Source: Epithemia pelagica
Taxonomy: Eukaryota; Protista; Bacillariophyta
NCBI GenBank assembly: GCA_946965045.2
Contig: OX337228.1
Coordinates: 2,666,001 to 2,730,000 of the forward strand
Length of the DNA: 64,000 nucleotides
Reading direction: 5' to 3'
Under the pieces are notes generated by a model. It saw only the letters and a program-made list of their open reading frames with translations, did no database searches and was not told the origin of the DNA. Every line of letters begins with the position of its first letter. Within the stretch, counting starts at the first letter, position 1. Both the position numbers and the translations under genes were made by a program. Shown in pieces: positions 48,619 through 61,000 of the stretch.

Positions 48619-49816
48619 ACTGACTACGGGGAACATTGTCCAAAAGACGCTGAGGTTGATAGAAAACAAGAGAACATGAATTTCGTTAGAGAACAATTAC
48701 ACACAGGGAAGTCCTCCGTTCCCAGTTGGCCGTACCGTCGAAGAAGAGACTGGGATCTTTTCTGCAACATATGGGAGTGCCACTCTTGGATTTCAATTTC
48801 CTTACTCCCTTTCTCCTTCTTTACAATGTGATTGTCAATCTCTTTATCCAAAGACTGCCTTACTGTTTCAGGGTTGTCAGGATAATGAGAGAGAGGCGGA
48901 GAAGAAGAGCAAAGAACGACAGCAGCCAACACAGCAATGGGAATGGATCATTCAGCTTCTGTTGATATCTTGAGCTGTCGGAACAAATACCATATTGTCA
49001 AAGATGATGTCAGCAGCTTTCAGCATCATAGCTCATAGCGGTAGGCAGAGTCAGATGTTCAGTACCACTGTCAGTCAGGATTGTGTAGACGCGTTGGGGT
49101 GTTGGTGCTCACTCCGACGACGCTCCACGCGCGCGAGACACGCGATCTTTTCGGAAGATCCACTCCGTCTGCACACGAGACACACGAAGGACAAGGCCAC
49201 AATGACCATGGAATTTCGAATGGGGAGATGAAAATCGTGTAATGTTTAGACAGAAAGTGCTTCATTCCTTGTAAGTTTCGTTTCATTGAGCTTGGTTCGT
49301 TCGTCGCTATGAACGCAATTAGGAATCGGAGGGGTCAGTTCACCCATTGGCCACGCATCCTTACTAGGCGCCATTTTCTTCCAACCTGTGAAAATGACAG
49401 TTTTCCAATGGATGCTATACCAACGATGTCCCCGCTTTTTTCTTGCCTCCATTGATCGACCTCTGCGCAGACAATGCGTCGAATCGATACTGGTGGTGGT
49501 GAGACCCAAAAAAGCGCAATTCTTTTGAAAAAAGGGAGAGAGCAAACTGGCGCATTTGTTATCCACGCTTGGCTCTCTGGGAATTTCAAAAGCGACACTT
49601 TCTTCTTCTTCTTGGCGCACGTGTGCAGTCTCTCATGACTTTGTGGTTTTGCCGTTCACTCACAATCTCGAACGAACGTTGACTCCTCCAGTACAAGCTA
49701 CAACACAAATACTCAATCTTTGATGGTTGTGGACGGAATGGGAAAACAGATATTACTACAGACAAATATTGGTTTGACAGGGAGGCTGTCACCATTGAGC
49801 CGTGCGTGTCATTTCG

Positions 49817-50930
49817 CTATGCATTGTTCAATTCCTCCATCATTTGTCTCCACGGAACTTTCCCCACCCCACGTCGCAACACTTTTCCATTGTTGGCAAT
49901 CACAATGGCGATTCCTTCTGTCTTTGCCTTTTCGCCATTTTGATTCACAGCATCACTGATTTCTCCCCCGATGTACTCCTCCCATCCATCGCCCACGGGT
50001 CGGGCCACATACGGTTGGTTCTCGTACATGGCTGGGCCTCCATCGACGCCAAATCCAGTGCCACTCGGCTTGCTCTGTTGCTCCGCCAGATCCACATCGG
50101 TTTCGTAGGGTATCACCAGGACATTGCTCATGGCAAAATCCATTTTCAACAAATTGGCACCAACCAAGGCATTTCTGCAGGCCTTTTTGGGACCTGCTAC
50201 CAGAATCATGTGTTGTTTGGCGGCACTTTGAAGCTCCCTCACATTGGCTTCCACCGGTTGGCCATCCTGGCTCACCTGAAGACTCAGTGACAGAGTTCCC
50301 AGCAGCTTCTCTCGCTCGCGCATTCCTTTGACAACCGATTGTTGCTCCTTCTTCTTTTCAATCTTTTCCTGAATTCCCTCTTCCAACTCCGCCTGCTTAT
50401 CCAAGTCAAATTTTGCCAGTAGACCAAAGGCTGCGACCGCCCCAAAATCAATCGCCAAGTTCAAATACTAGTATTGTTCCATTGGATGGTAGGAGTAGCA
50501 TAAAAGTACTGGATAAGTTTCTTCATACCCAAGGGGGCCAGCATACGCATTTCCGTGCCAAACTCACCTCTGTGTTGAGATCGACGTCCGATCGGGCGCC
50601 GGACATGGCCGCAAGGGTTCCGGATAGTGTAATGAGACCGCCCAAGAGAGCGCCAGATCCACAGGAAAAGTATAAAAAGAGCCGTACTGTTCTCCATGGA
50701 GCGATGGATTCCGAAAGCAATCGATTGCGGACGTTTTCATCTAGCCCCGATTTTGTTTTCTTCTTCTCCTGCACCATGAACCGAGGACTCGCTTCCCTCC
50801 GAATGATTGGGCTGAGGACTGGATCGGTGGCGCGGATTGATGGACCGTTCCTTTGTGTCAACGGCACCAAAGAAAATGCACGGCAGTGAACGAAAAGAAG
50901 GAACAGACCGAATAGCTTCATCATCATCAT
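49817..50930 (-). CDS. LPA1: LPA1-like (DUF3493) photosystem II accumulation factor homolog, plastid-targeted (2 exons: 50930-50568, 50467-49817; 337 aa)
   Basis: Signal peptide ending CRA-FSL. LLSESIAPWRTVRLFLY..GALLGGLI and NLAIDFGAV..RERE..L..LSL match the recalled LPA1/DUF3493 pattern. Confidence 0.7.
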
Positions 50931-51036
50931 GGTCGATACATTTATTCTCGTAATTTCTACAATAGACCCGCCCTGACACTTGTCTCGTTGAGAAATCTGA
51001 ATCTGATCTGAGCTGTCTGCGTGGTTTGAACTCGGA

Positions 51037-51117
51037 TGAACGAAATCTCCCCTACATTAGTCTAAGTCTGGGGGTGACCCCTTATAATTTTATCTTTTAT
51101 CGCTCTACTTTTGTTCA
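51037..51117 (+). repeat. 5' LTR (81 bp, TGAAC...GTTCA)
   Basis: 80/81 identical to 57648-57728 (G at 51060 vs A at 57671). 5-bp terminal inverted repeat. Contains TTATAA. Confidence 0.92.
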
Positions 51118-51130
51118 GTTTATCAGACCC
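51118..51130 (+). promoter_or_regulatory. Candidate primer-binding site GTTTATCAGACCC
   Basis: Directly abuts the 5' LTR. The reverse complement GGGU-CUGAUAA-AC has the shape of a tRNA anticodon arm. Confidence 0.5.
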
Positions 51131-51575
51131 AAGTTTATAAGCACCATGGGAATGGCAAGGCCTGGGAAGGCAGAGAATCTCCAGGTCGACCCTCATTTCA
51201 TAACACATGAATCGACCTCCGTGCGGCTTGGGTTGGAAGAGGGGCCACGGAATCGATGCACCATGGTCTTGTTTGCGGAAACAGACCGCTCATTCCGGGA
51301 TGCGTTGTCCGATACTACAGAGCGTGTCGCAGTCACGGGAACCACGGTTCATGGACGCATGATCCTCTCTACTCCGCTAGGGAAAACAGAATGCAAACGG
51401 AACGCAAGCGACACCGCCAAAAGATACTACTCCCGAACGGACGAATTCCTCAATTATACACAAATCGCCATTGTCCATCCTAAAGAACCCGGTGCAGGTA
51501 ATACGCGCAAAGATCATCTTCGCTCATAATTCTCACTTTGCGTTGCATTTCATCCATTAAAGCGTTTCGTCGACA

Positions 51576-53327
51576 ATGGCAGCCGTGGCGCTTCGACAAG
51601 CATTTCAACGGCTTGGATTCCCGCAGGATACAGCCAACCATATGACAGATGCGGCAAATGGCGAGGGGATGGAATTGGATCACCTCCGGGATTATTCAGA
51701 CAACGATGTTGAAACCTTATGCTCGGCATTAAAGAAACCAGGCGGATTGATTGCTGATGCGGCGGGGAACATGATCGTCAACCCTGGATTAACAGTACCA
51801 CATCGTGCCGAGCGGAATTTGAAGTTGTTGTGTTACCTTTGTCGTCATTACAGTCGTACCAGTCGTACCGTTGACTCCGGATCCATCCAATTGGCACTGT
51901 TGAATCCCATGGTGGCGTTGAAAGCCGAAGAGGATGACCATGAGGACCCCAGCACGCCCATGACACTCGCACGCGCAGTACCCGAGACAATCACAGAATT
52001 CATGGCCAACTGGCCTGAGCATCTCAGCCAATATCGTGGCCAGACTGGTGTCCCTCTTTCATATGTCATTCGTACCGAACAAAACCCGAAAGCCGAAGCA
52101 GACGACCCGGCATACGGACAAGCTAACACCGTTTATCACTCGGCATTGCAAGAAATGGAAGCACGAGCCCCAATTACGGGTGCTACCTATGATGCAGACA
52201 ACTCTCGTTTGTGGGTTTTATTGCAAGCGGCAGTTATCGAACACCGCAACGTCTACAATTGGATTTCCTCACATGCACGGAACCAGAATGGATACGCAGC
52301 TTGGACTGCATTCGTTGCGCATTATCGTGGTTCGTCTGCCGTGGAAAATATCGTTACTTCGTCCAGAGCTAAATGCCTCCAACTCCGATACACGGGAGAG
52401 AAACCTCGTTTTACTTTCGAACACTATGTTTCTTTGCACCAAAAGTACCACAATGACATTCTCACAGCACGACCGGCAAGCGCATGGGATGATTGGACTC
52501 GTGTCCGTCAATTGACTGATGGCATCCATGCAAACCATATGATGGCCGGCATTGCAGCGATCAAAGCCAATCCTCATTATCGGACCAATTTCGACGACGC
52601 TGTGAACCTCCTTCGAGACTTTGTGATTCAGACTAACCCTACTGCACACAATATCAGCAACGTTCAGCATGGCGGACGTGGCGGCGGTGGTCGTGGCCAT
52701 GGTGGTGGACGCGGCGGAGGACGTGGAAATCGTGATGGAAGAGGACGTGGTGGAGGACAACATGGTCGTGGCGGACGCGGCGGCGGCTTCCATCCCTACC
52801 GTGGTGGTGGCAGAGGCGGTCGTGGCGGTCGGCAACGCGCTCGACGGGATGCACGAGGCATTTTAATTCCCGAGGACCGCTGGTACACACGCAAAGAGTG
52901 GGAGGAATTGCGCCAACAGCCCGGAGCCACACAGCATGTCCAAGAAATGCGAAACCAGCGTTTGAATCGTGACACACAGGCTGTACAAGTCCAGAATCAC
53001 ATCCTGGCATCTATGGTTTCTAATTTGGATGACACTCCTCCAGCGCCACACGAGCGAGACCCTAACAACTTTTACTCTTTCCTATCTCCGCGACAGCGAA
53101 TCAATGCAATGGCCCTAACTCACCGTGACAGCTATAGTGGTGTATTTTGTGACATGTTTGAAAACCAGCGACGCGCGCAAAATGTTAATGCTATGGCCCA
53201 GAATCCCTTTGTTTTACCGAACCATTTGCGCGAACGTCCTGAAATTGCCATGATGCAGCGACAAGGCACCCTCAACCAGCCTCCTTTGCTCATGCCTCCT
53301 CCTCCTCCTCCCCGAGGTGGACACTGA
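51576..53327 (+). CDS. gag: Copia Gag (583 aa) with RGG-rich nucleic-acid-binding region
   Basis: GVPLSYVIR, YDADNSRLW, NGYAAW and YTGEKPRFTFEHYVSLH. Long GGRGG repeat. No CCHC knuckle seen. Confidence 0.85.
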   Translation: MAAVALRQAFQRLGFPQDTANHMTDAANGEGMELDHLRDYSDNDVETLCSALKKPGGLIADAAGNMIVNPGLTVPHRAERNLKLLCYLCRHYSRTSRTVDSGSIQLALLNPMVALKAEEDDHEDPSTPMTLARAVPETITEFMANWPEHLSQYRGQTGVPLSYVIRTEQNPKAEADDPAYGQANTVYHSALQEMEARAPITGATYDADNSRLWVLLQAAVIEHRNVYNWISSHARNQNGYAAWTAFVAHYRGSSAVENIVTSSRAKCLQLRYTGEKPRFTFEHYVSLHQKYHNDILTARPASAWDDWTRVRQLTDGIHANHMMAGIAAIKANPHYRTNFDDAVNLLRDFVIQTNPTAHNISNVQHGGRGGGGRGHGGGRGGGRGNRDGRGRGGGQHGRGGRGGGFHPYRGGGRGGRGGRQRARRDARGILIPEDRWYTRKEWEELRQQPGATQHVQEMRNQRLNRDTQAVQVQNHILASMVSNLDDTPPAPHERDPNNFYSFLSPRQRINAMALTHRDSYSGVFCDMFENQRRAQNVNAMAQNPFVLPNHLRERPEIAMMQRQGTLNQPPLLMPPPPPPRGGH

Positions 53328-56300
53328 CACCACGTGGACTCAATCACTCTCACATCCGATACCCGTGTGCTTGACCAGAGTTGGCGACCGGACAGCATTC
53401 CGCGCCATGTGTGCTCGACTAACATTGCGTTTAATGGTGATTCTAGAACAGAATTGGACTCGCATGCTGATTCACCATGTGTTGGTCACAACACTTTAGT
53501 GGTTTCACGCACTGGTAAGAGTGTCTATGTAAATGTGGCATTGCCTTCAATGGGAAGCCGGAAAGCACCTATCGTAACAGCGGCAGTGACCTATGACGCA
53601 CCGGATGGGGAACGATACGTGGTGATCATAAACCAAGCGATCTATTTTGAGGAGCTACAGCACAATCTCATCGGAACAAACATGGTTAGAATGAATGACG
53701 TCGATGTCAATGACCGACCGAAAAGCCTAACCATAAACCCATCTGATGAGGACCACGCCTTAGTATTCAAACGCGATGGGGTGACGATTCCCTTACTGAT
53801 CAACGGCGTCATCTCATATTTCCCGACACGGAAAACGACGTGGGACGAGTACAATAACTTGCCTCATCTACACTTGACTGCAGAATCCCCAGAGTGGGAC
53901 CCGCATTCCGATCAATTACAACAAATGGAAGCCTTTATTACAGATGCAAACGGTAATTTGAGAGACACTGACTTCCGACAACCGCGCAGCGTATATTTGT
54001 TGAACCGTCTTATTACTTGTTCTAACCCTTCTGTGGCCGTGAGAGAATCCATGTCCGCAGCATCGGCTACACTTGCCTCTATCTCTTCCACTTTGCTCCC
54101 GGAAAGTTTGATTGCAGCAACAAAAATTTCCCGTGACAAATACCCGGGCATTTCGCCGGAACGCTTGGCCAAGAATTGGCGTATTGGACTAGAAGCCGCC
54201 AAACGGACCGTTCAAGTGACCACCCAACGTGGTGTCCGCACAATTCTGCACCCTAACGTGGAACGACGATTCAGAACCAGTGACCGTCAACTTCGATACA
54301 AGCATCTCAACACGGAATTATTCACTGACACGATGTTCTCAAAAGTCAAATCGACACGGCAGAACACTTGTGCACAATTATACGTAAACGATCTTGAATG
54401 GCAGCGCTCCTTTCCGATGCGATCCAAAGCCGAGGCACACGAGACATTCGATTTACTCTGTCACCGACATGGCGCACCAAAAGCTATTATCTCCGATGGC
54501 GCAAAGGAAGTACTCGAGGGCGAATTTCGACGCAAAGCCAGAGCGGCCGGTGTACACTTGCGGCAGGTACTCCCATACTCACCATTCATGAACCGAGCGG
54601 AAAGCGCAATCCGAGAAAACAAGAAAATGACGGCGCGATTACTCATCAAATCCAAAGCTCCACAGCGACTGTGGGACTATTGTTCTTCCCTTGTTGCCCT
54701 AATACGATCTAACACGGCGCACGACCTTTATCAATTGGACGGCCAGGTACCAGACAGTATCATCAAAGGTGAAACCGCAGATATCTCACATCTTGCCGAG
54801 TTTGAGTGGTTTCAGTGGGTTAAATTCTATGACGATCCGATGCAGTACCCAGAGCCCAAAGTACAACTGGGCAAATACCTTGGCCCTGCTATGGACGTGC
54901 ACCCAATTATGTCTTTCTATGTTTTGCGTTCTAACGGCACTGTGGTTGTTCGCAACACCTTGCGCTCTCTCACCCACGACGAATGGCACAACGACGCCGA
55001 GCGACAGGAGCGATCCACTTTCCTAACAGGCATTCATGAATCTCTTGGACCCGTGTTTGCTGAATCTGATTTGGACACTGACTCACCACATCTTGTTTCT
55101 GCCATCACTCCCGAGTTTGACCCGTACGAGCCAGAGGCGGAACCGCCGGAAGCAGACGACTTTGACGAGGATGCATATGATGCTTACATTTCTGCCCAAG
55201 TGATGCTACCACGGGGTGACCGGATGGAAATGGCAAATGTTCGGAAACGCAAACGCGACGATAACGGTAATCCTATTGGACGACACAATGCTAACCCGAT
55301 TTTGGACACGCGAATATACGAAGTGGAATTCCCTGACGGCGACGTGGCTGCTTACACTGCAAATGTCATTGCCGAGAATTTGTATTCCCAGGTGGACGAA
55401 GAGGGTAAGCAGTATTTGATGCTGGACTGTATTGTTGACCATAAGTCCGACGGCACGGCAACCACGAAAGATGGACAATGGCACACGGTAAATGGACGAC
55501 GGTGTCTCAAACGGACTACAAAAGGTTGGAAATTGTGCATCCAATGGATCGATGGTAGTACCTCTTGGGAACCATTACGACGCGTTCGAGAATCTAACCC
55601 TGTGCAAGTTGCCGAGTACGCCGTCACTGCTGGTATTGACAAGGAACCTGCTTTTATCTGGTGGGTGAATTCGACACTGAGACGAAGAGACCGCATTATC
55701 AAAAAGATCAACACAAAATACCAACGAACGACGCACAAATTTGGCATTGAACTACCTAAGACCGTGGAAGAAGCACTAGCTATCGATAAGAAAACAGGAA
55801 CGACTCTATGGCGCGACGCGATCCTAAAGGAGATGAAGAATGTCCGCAAAGCTTTTCGCATTCTTGAAGGCGACGATGAAAGACCACCTCCAGACTACCA
55901 GGAAATTGGCGGGCATCTCGTATTTGACATTAAACTTGGATCGTTGATTTGCAAAGCGCGATACGTGGCTGAAGGACACAGAACAGACCCTCCATCCACA
56001 CTCACCTATTCCAGCGTTGTTTCTCGTGACACTGTGCGACTTGCCCTGACTATTGCAGCCCTGAATGACTTGGACGTTCTAACGGCCGACATCCAGAATG
56101 CATATCTGAATGCCCCAACATCTGAGAAGTACTATATCGTATGCGGCCTTGAGTTCGGAGAAGAGAATGTCGGTAAGAAAGCGTTAGTCGTTCGTGCACT
56201 CTACGGGATGAAATCGTCAGGAGCTTCGTTTCGACATCACTTTGCGTCATGCTTGGACCACATGGGATACGCGTCCTGCAAGGCGGATCCCGACGTTTAG

Positions 56301-57518
56301 CTCAAGAAAGCTGAGAAGGCTGATGGTACACCATATTGGGAATATGTCCTTGTCTACGTGGATGACGTGATGGCAATTGGCACTGAACCTAAGAAAGCAT
56401 TGGAACGGATTAACCACTATTTCGAATTAAAGCCTGGCTCAGTGACCGAACCGGACATCTACTTGGGGGCCAAATTACGCTCAGTGACGCTACCTAATGG
56501 GAAAAGAGCATGGTGCAACAGTACAAGTTCCTACATCCAGGACTCGGTTAAGAATGTGGAGAAATAGTTGGAGGACAGGAACCTCAAACTCCCACGCGGC
56601 GCAGAGACACCAATGTCGGCATCATACCGACCAGAACTAGATGTGACCCCAGAGTTGGACGCTGAATCGGCTAACTTCTACCAATCCATGATTGGGGTCC
56701 TAGGATGGGCCGTGGAATTGGGACGAATTGATATTGCAACGGAAGTATCCATGCTGTCAGCTCACCTTGCGTTACCTCGTGCCGGTCATTTTGATGCGAT
56801 TCTGAAAGTATTTGGCTACCTAAAGCGGAAGCACAACGCACGACTCGTATTCGACCCGACATACCCAGACATCAATTTCGAGGAGTTTCGACCCAATCCT
56901 GAATGGAAAAAGTACTACGGTAATGTATCAGAGCCTATCCCTCCTAACGCTCCCGAGGAAAGGGGACTACCAGTTGTGGTCCATGGTAAGGTGGATTCAG
57001 ACCACGCTGGAGAGAAACTAACACGGCGATCGCGAACAGGTTTTATTATCTATGTGAACAGCGCTCCTATTGTTTGGCATTCGAAACGACAGACCTCCAT
57101 TGAAACATCGACATTCGGAAGTGAATTTGTGGCAATGAAGACGATGATCGAAGCACTTCGGGGGTTACGATACAAACTGCGCATGATGGGTGTTCCGATC
57201 GACGGACCGAGCTATGTTCGAGGGGACAATGAGGCTGTGATCAAGAGTACACTTGCTCCAGATTCGACGTTGAAGAAGAAGAACAATGCTATCGCATATC
57301 ATTACTGTCGGGAATCGGTGGCAATGGATGAAACACGGACGTGTTACGTGCATACGGATGACAACGAAGCGGATATTTTGACAAAAGTTCTACCACAAGG
57401 TCCAAAACGCACGAAGTTCATTCAGCAGTTACTTTGGGATGTTGAGGATGACCACCGATCAGTACGAGAAGCAGAGAAGCAGAAAGAGGGCGGCACGGTC
57501 CCGGTTGCACCGGGGTAG
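53328..57518 (+). pseudogene. pol: Copia Pol (protease-integrase-RT-RNase H) with two in-frame TAG stops
   Basis: PR ELDSHAD; IN TDTMF, ISDGAKE and PYSPFMNRAESAIRE; RT DIQNAYLNAP, LYGMKSSG and YVDDVM; RH VDSDHAG, ETSTFGSEF and DNEADILTK. TAG at 56298-56300 (DPDV*LKK) and 56565-56567, with the same frame throughout. Confidence 0.92.
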
Positions 57519-57639
57519 GGTAATCAGGATCCCTCCATTTGTCCTATTGGTTGGACTGGAAAATGCGTTCTATTTTGATAGATCCTCGGTGGCCCGAGCG
57601 ACGAACTACCATTGTCATGTTAAACGGCAATGTACGTTC

Positions 57640-57647
57640 GAGGGGAC
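57640..57647 (+). promoter_or_regulatory. Short polypurine tract GAGGGGAC
   Basis: Immediately precedes the 3' LTR TGAAC. Confidence 0.7.
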
Positions 57648-57728
57648 TGAACGAAATCTCCCCTACATTAATCTAAGTCTGGGGGTGACCCCTTATAATT
57701 TTATCTTTTATCGCTCTACTTTTGTTCA
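57648..57728 (+). repeat. 3' LTR (81 bp)
   Basis: Direct repeat of 51037-51117, followed by CGGA. Confidence 0.92.
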
Positions 57729-58079
57729 CGGATCTTGCCGTTGACATTTTTTGATCTGACCCAGTCGCACACGTTCCGATGGCCCCCAGATTTATACTCA
57801 ACGCACACATAGTATAGAATAAAGAGTAGTTTATGCGCGCCCGTCGGTATTCCGCTGAAAATAGTCAAGCTCCAAAGTGCGACTCAATCTCCTCCGTGGA
57901 TCAACGCGTTTCGTTCCATCCACGTTCCGGAAATTAGAGTGGCTTGACCATGAACAACATCCAATTTCTCATCTGAATCATCTCTGTTATCAATACAAAG
58001 CCAGTGTCACTGATAACACGGCCCAAGAGAGGTTCCCACAAAATTATATTGGTGCTGTGCCATTTCTTCAAGAGATATA

Positions 58080-61000
58080 ATGGATTTTTCACCGACCTCT
58101 ATCGAGGAAGCTTTTGTGCTTCTACTCAAGGAAGCCAACAAGGGATCCTGTTTCCACTATGGTTTGTTTCTCCCTGCCACCCACCCATGGAGTATTGCTT
58201 GTTTGTGTTGTCTTGATGACAAAGAAATGCAAATTGTATTTGAAGTGACTAAAATGAAAAAGAAGAAAGGCCAAAATTTGGTACGGAATGCAGCTGATGG
58301 ATTTGATCGACTGTTGAACATGGCTGAACTGTCGTATACAAGTCGCCTGTTCACCTATTCCGAGTACCAAGACAAGGTGGAAACCAAAAAAAGGGACCAA
58401 AAGTGTATCTGGATTAAACTGGGAGTTGGGCAAAGAGCCCTCCCACTGTATGAAGAGCCTCGTCACCTATCGCAGCCACCAAGACAAATCAGCCTGAAAC
58501 CATTTGTTGATCAACTCAAACAGGCCATTAAGCAAGAAATGCAGCCATCCCTGTCTTGCAGTACTCTTTCCTCAGCAGCTCCATTGCCTGAAGTTTGTTT
58601 TTCTCCAGACAATCCTGGTATGGATGAATCAGCAACAATAGAATACCGACACAAAATGGAGGAGCACGAAATGATATTCCGAACAATCAATCAGTTTCTT
58701 CTTCCCAAGATATTCAAAAGGGAACAGCTTGCAAGTCGCTCATGGTGGAGAAAACCTGAAAGTTTTGACAAGGATGCAGCGGACATCATAATAAAACTTG
58801 GCCAAGACCTTCGAAAGAAAAGAGAAGAACGCTCAGCAATGGCAGTCTCATCCACAATGATGTCGCCTCTTGCTGAGGCCAAATCCTTACATGCGCTCCA
58901 AAAGTTTGGCATTGACCCATCTAATACCTGGTCAGTCTCGACAGTACTTCGCAACCTAGTTACTCTTGAACAGTCAAAGAGAAAGTATGATCTCTTCAAC
59001 GTTCAGATGGGGAACTCTACTCGCATCCGTCTCTGTCGGATACCAAAGTCACGCAATATGAAGTGTTTACGAGAGAATGAACGAGATCATCCATTCCTTG
59101 ACAATATTTTGAAGCAGTTTGTTCCTGACTCTTGTTCCATTGAACGAGAGCAGGATCACATTGATGAAGAAGAAAATGAAGACGAAGTAGAGGCCGATGG
59201 TCTGTCATCAATGGAACACGCCGCTGCTATTCTCTTGGCTTTTGTCGGAAACAGATACCCCGAAGCAATGCTCAGTGCTGCAAGCTCTTGCAAAAACATT
59301 GTTGTTGCCAAGCCGATGTCTGTCATTGAAACAACAGCAATGCTTTGCGAAGCTGGATTGAATACAACGCAAGCAGAGATCATTGCCAGCCATCTTCGCG
59401 TCCACTTTGGACGAACGGTCATGGCAGGAAGAGACAAAATTAGGAAGGAATTGCTTGTGTCTCGATCGCTAATTCCTCCACCGACAACATCGTCTCTCTC
59501 TTTATCGAGAAGTCGTTCCGTGGAATGGTTCTGCCGTGATATAGTCGAAACATTGAAGACCTATGTCATTTCTGTTGTGAAGCAGTCATCCAAAATACCA
59601 CAATTTCATTCCATTGACTTATTATGGTCCTGTGATCATGGCCAAGGGGCTTCACGAGGTTGTCTCTGCATCATTACTCGTTGGATAGACGGAGACAAGC
59701 ATTGCGAAAGATCTGAACCCTTCCTTGTTGCCCGGGCGAAGTGTCGGAAAGACACTTATGAAATCCTGTCCAAAACCTTTATGCCACACATAAATCAAGC
59801 AATAGCCAAGATAATTGAAGCTGGGTCCATTAGTGTGTGGCAGAGAAGAGCAACAGAGGGTCGTGAAAGGGCTGTGTTAGTTACATTGGGAGACGAAACC
59901 GTATCTAACGAATGGGATCCAGAGCTTAGACACGTTCCAATCCAATGCATCAGCAGTGGAGATGGCTCTCAGATCATGACAAACTATGGTCGTGAAGGCT
60001 ATTCTTCTTGCTGGTGTTGGTACTGTGACCTGAGCAAAGCAGAATGGTCACGAGTACACAGGAGACATGGTCGTATGTGGACACTTCAAAGCATGGCGGC
60101 ACATCGAAATGTGTTGAAAAGCAGCTCTGCGGCATATTTGAATAGTGCAAACAATGTACGAGGCTTCAAAACTGATCAGCAGCCATTGTTGTGTGTAGAG
60201 GTAAAGGACACTGCTCCACCAATTCTCCATTTACTCCTTGGATTGGGCAATAAGGTGCATGACAGTCTCATCTCGCAATTGCAAAGTGCTGCGGAACAGT
60301 ACACTGAGCAGTACGTTGCTCTTGAAACAGCAACGTATCAACAACAAGACACTGTGGCAAGTATTGCCGAAGCCAATCGCAGTACCCAACTTACTGGACC
60401 AGCGCAGCAACAAGCAAAGGACAAGCTGAAAGCAGCAAAAGAGAAACTGAAGCTCATATAACAGCAGTGGGAGAAAGAGGCACAACTACCAGCCAACAGC
60501 AAAGCCACTGGTCAGCCACTACGAGCGTGGATTGAAGATGTATTGAAGAAGCATGGCATAAAGCCAGCTATATACCATGGGGGAGACTTACAGGGAAATT
60601 CTTTGCAAGCTCTTCTTCGGAACCGCCGCGAAATCTTTGCGTCATTATGGAATGAGTGTCTCTTGGTTTGGATTGGTATGGATGATAGCGATGTCGTTGC
60701 TTCTCAAGATACAATCAAGACAGTATTGGATGGCTATGAAAGGTTACTTGGACACCTTGATGCTGTCTTTTCATTGTGTTCCATAAAGCGATACCACCCA
60801 ACCAGCCTCGACTACGAGAGGCTCGCAAAACAAATTAAACAATCCTCATATATGTGGCGAGCTCTTGGTTTGAGTATCACACCAAAGTTTCATTTTGTGG
60901 AGGATCATCTGCTTGCTTCTGTTAGATACTACAAAGGAGTAGGAGACTTGACAGAAGAGCAAGGCGAGAGAGTTCATCAGACTGGTTTGCAAGCTGAGGC

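Larger units (their letters stand above)
51037..57728 (+). mobile_element. Ty1/Copia LTR retrotransposon (CoDi-like), 6692 bp, coding region disabled
   Basis: Two 81-bp direct repeats, CGGA duplicated at both flanks, and domain order gag-PR-IN-RT-RNaseH. Confidence 0.95.

Noticed and set aside
48700-49800. Hidden gene or TE in the 1.1-kb PreP-LPA1 spacer
   Set aside because: Only short overlapping ORFs without motifs. No terminal repeats or TSD found by eye.
51037-51140. Tf1-type self-priming of the retrotransposon
   Set aside because: Only ~5 nt of complementarity between the PBS and the LTR is visible.
51026-51529. 167-aa ORF across the 5' LTR and leader as an extra element gene
   Set aside because: Starts at a TTG outside the element, crosses the LTR and has no recognisable motif.
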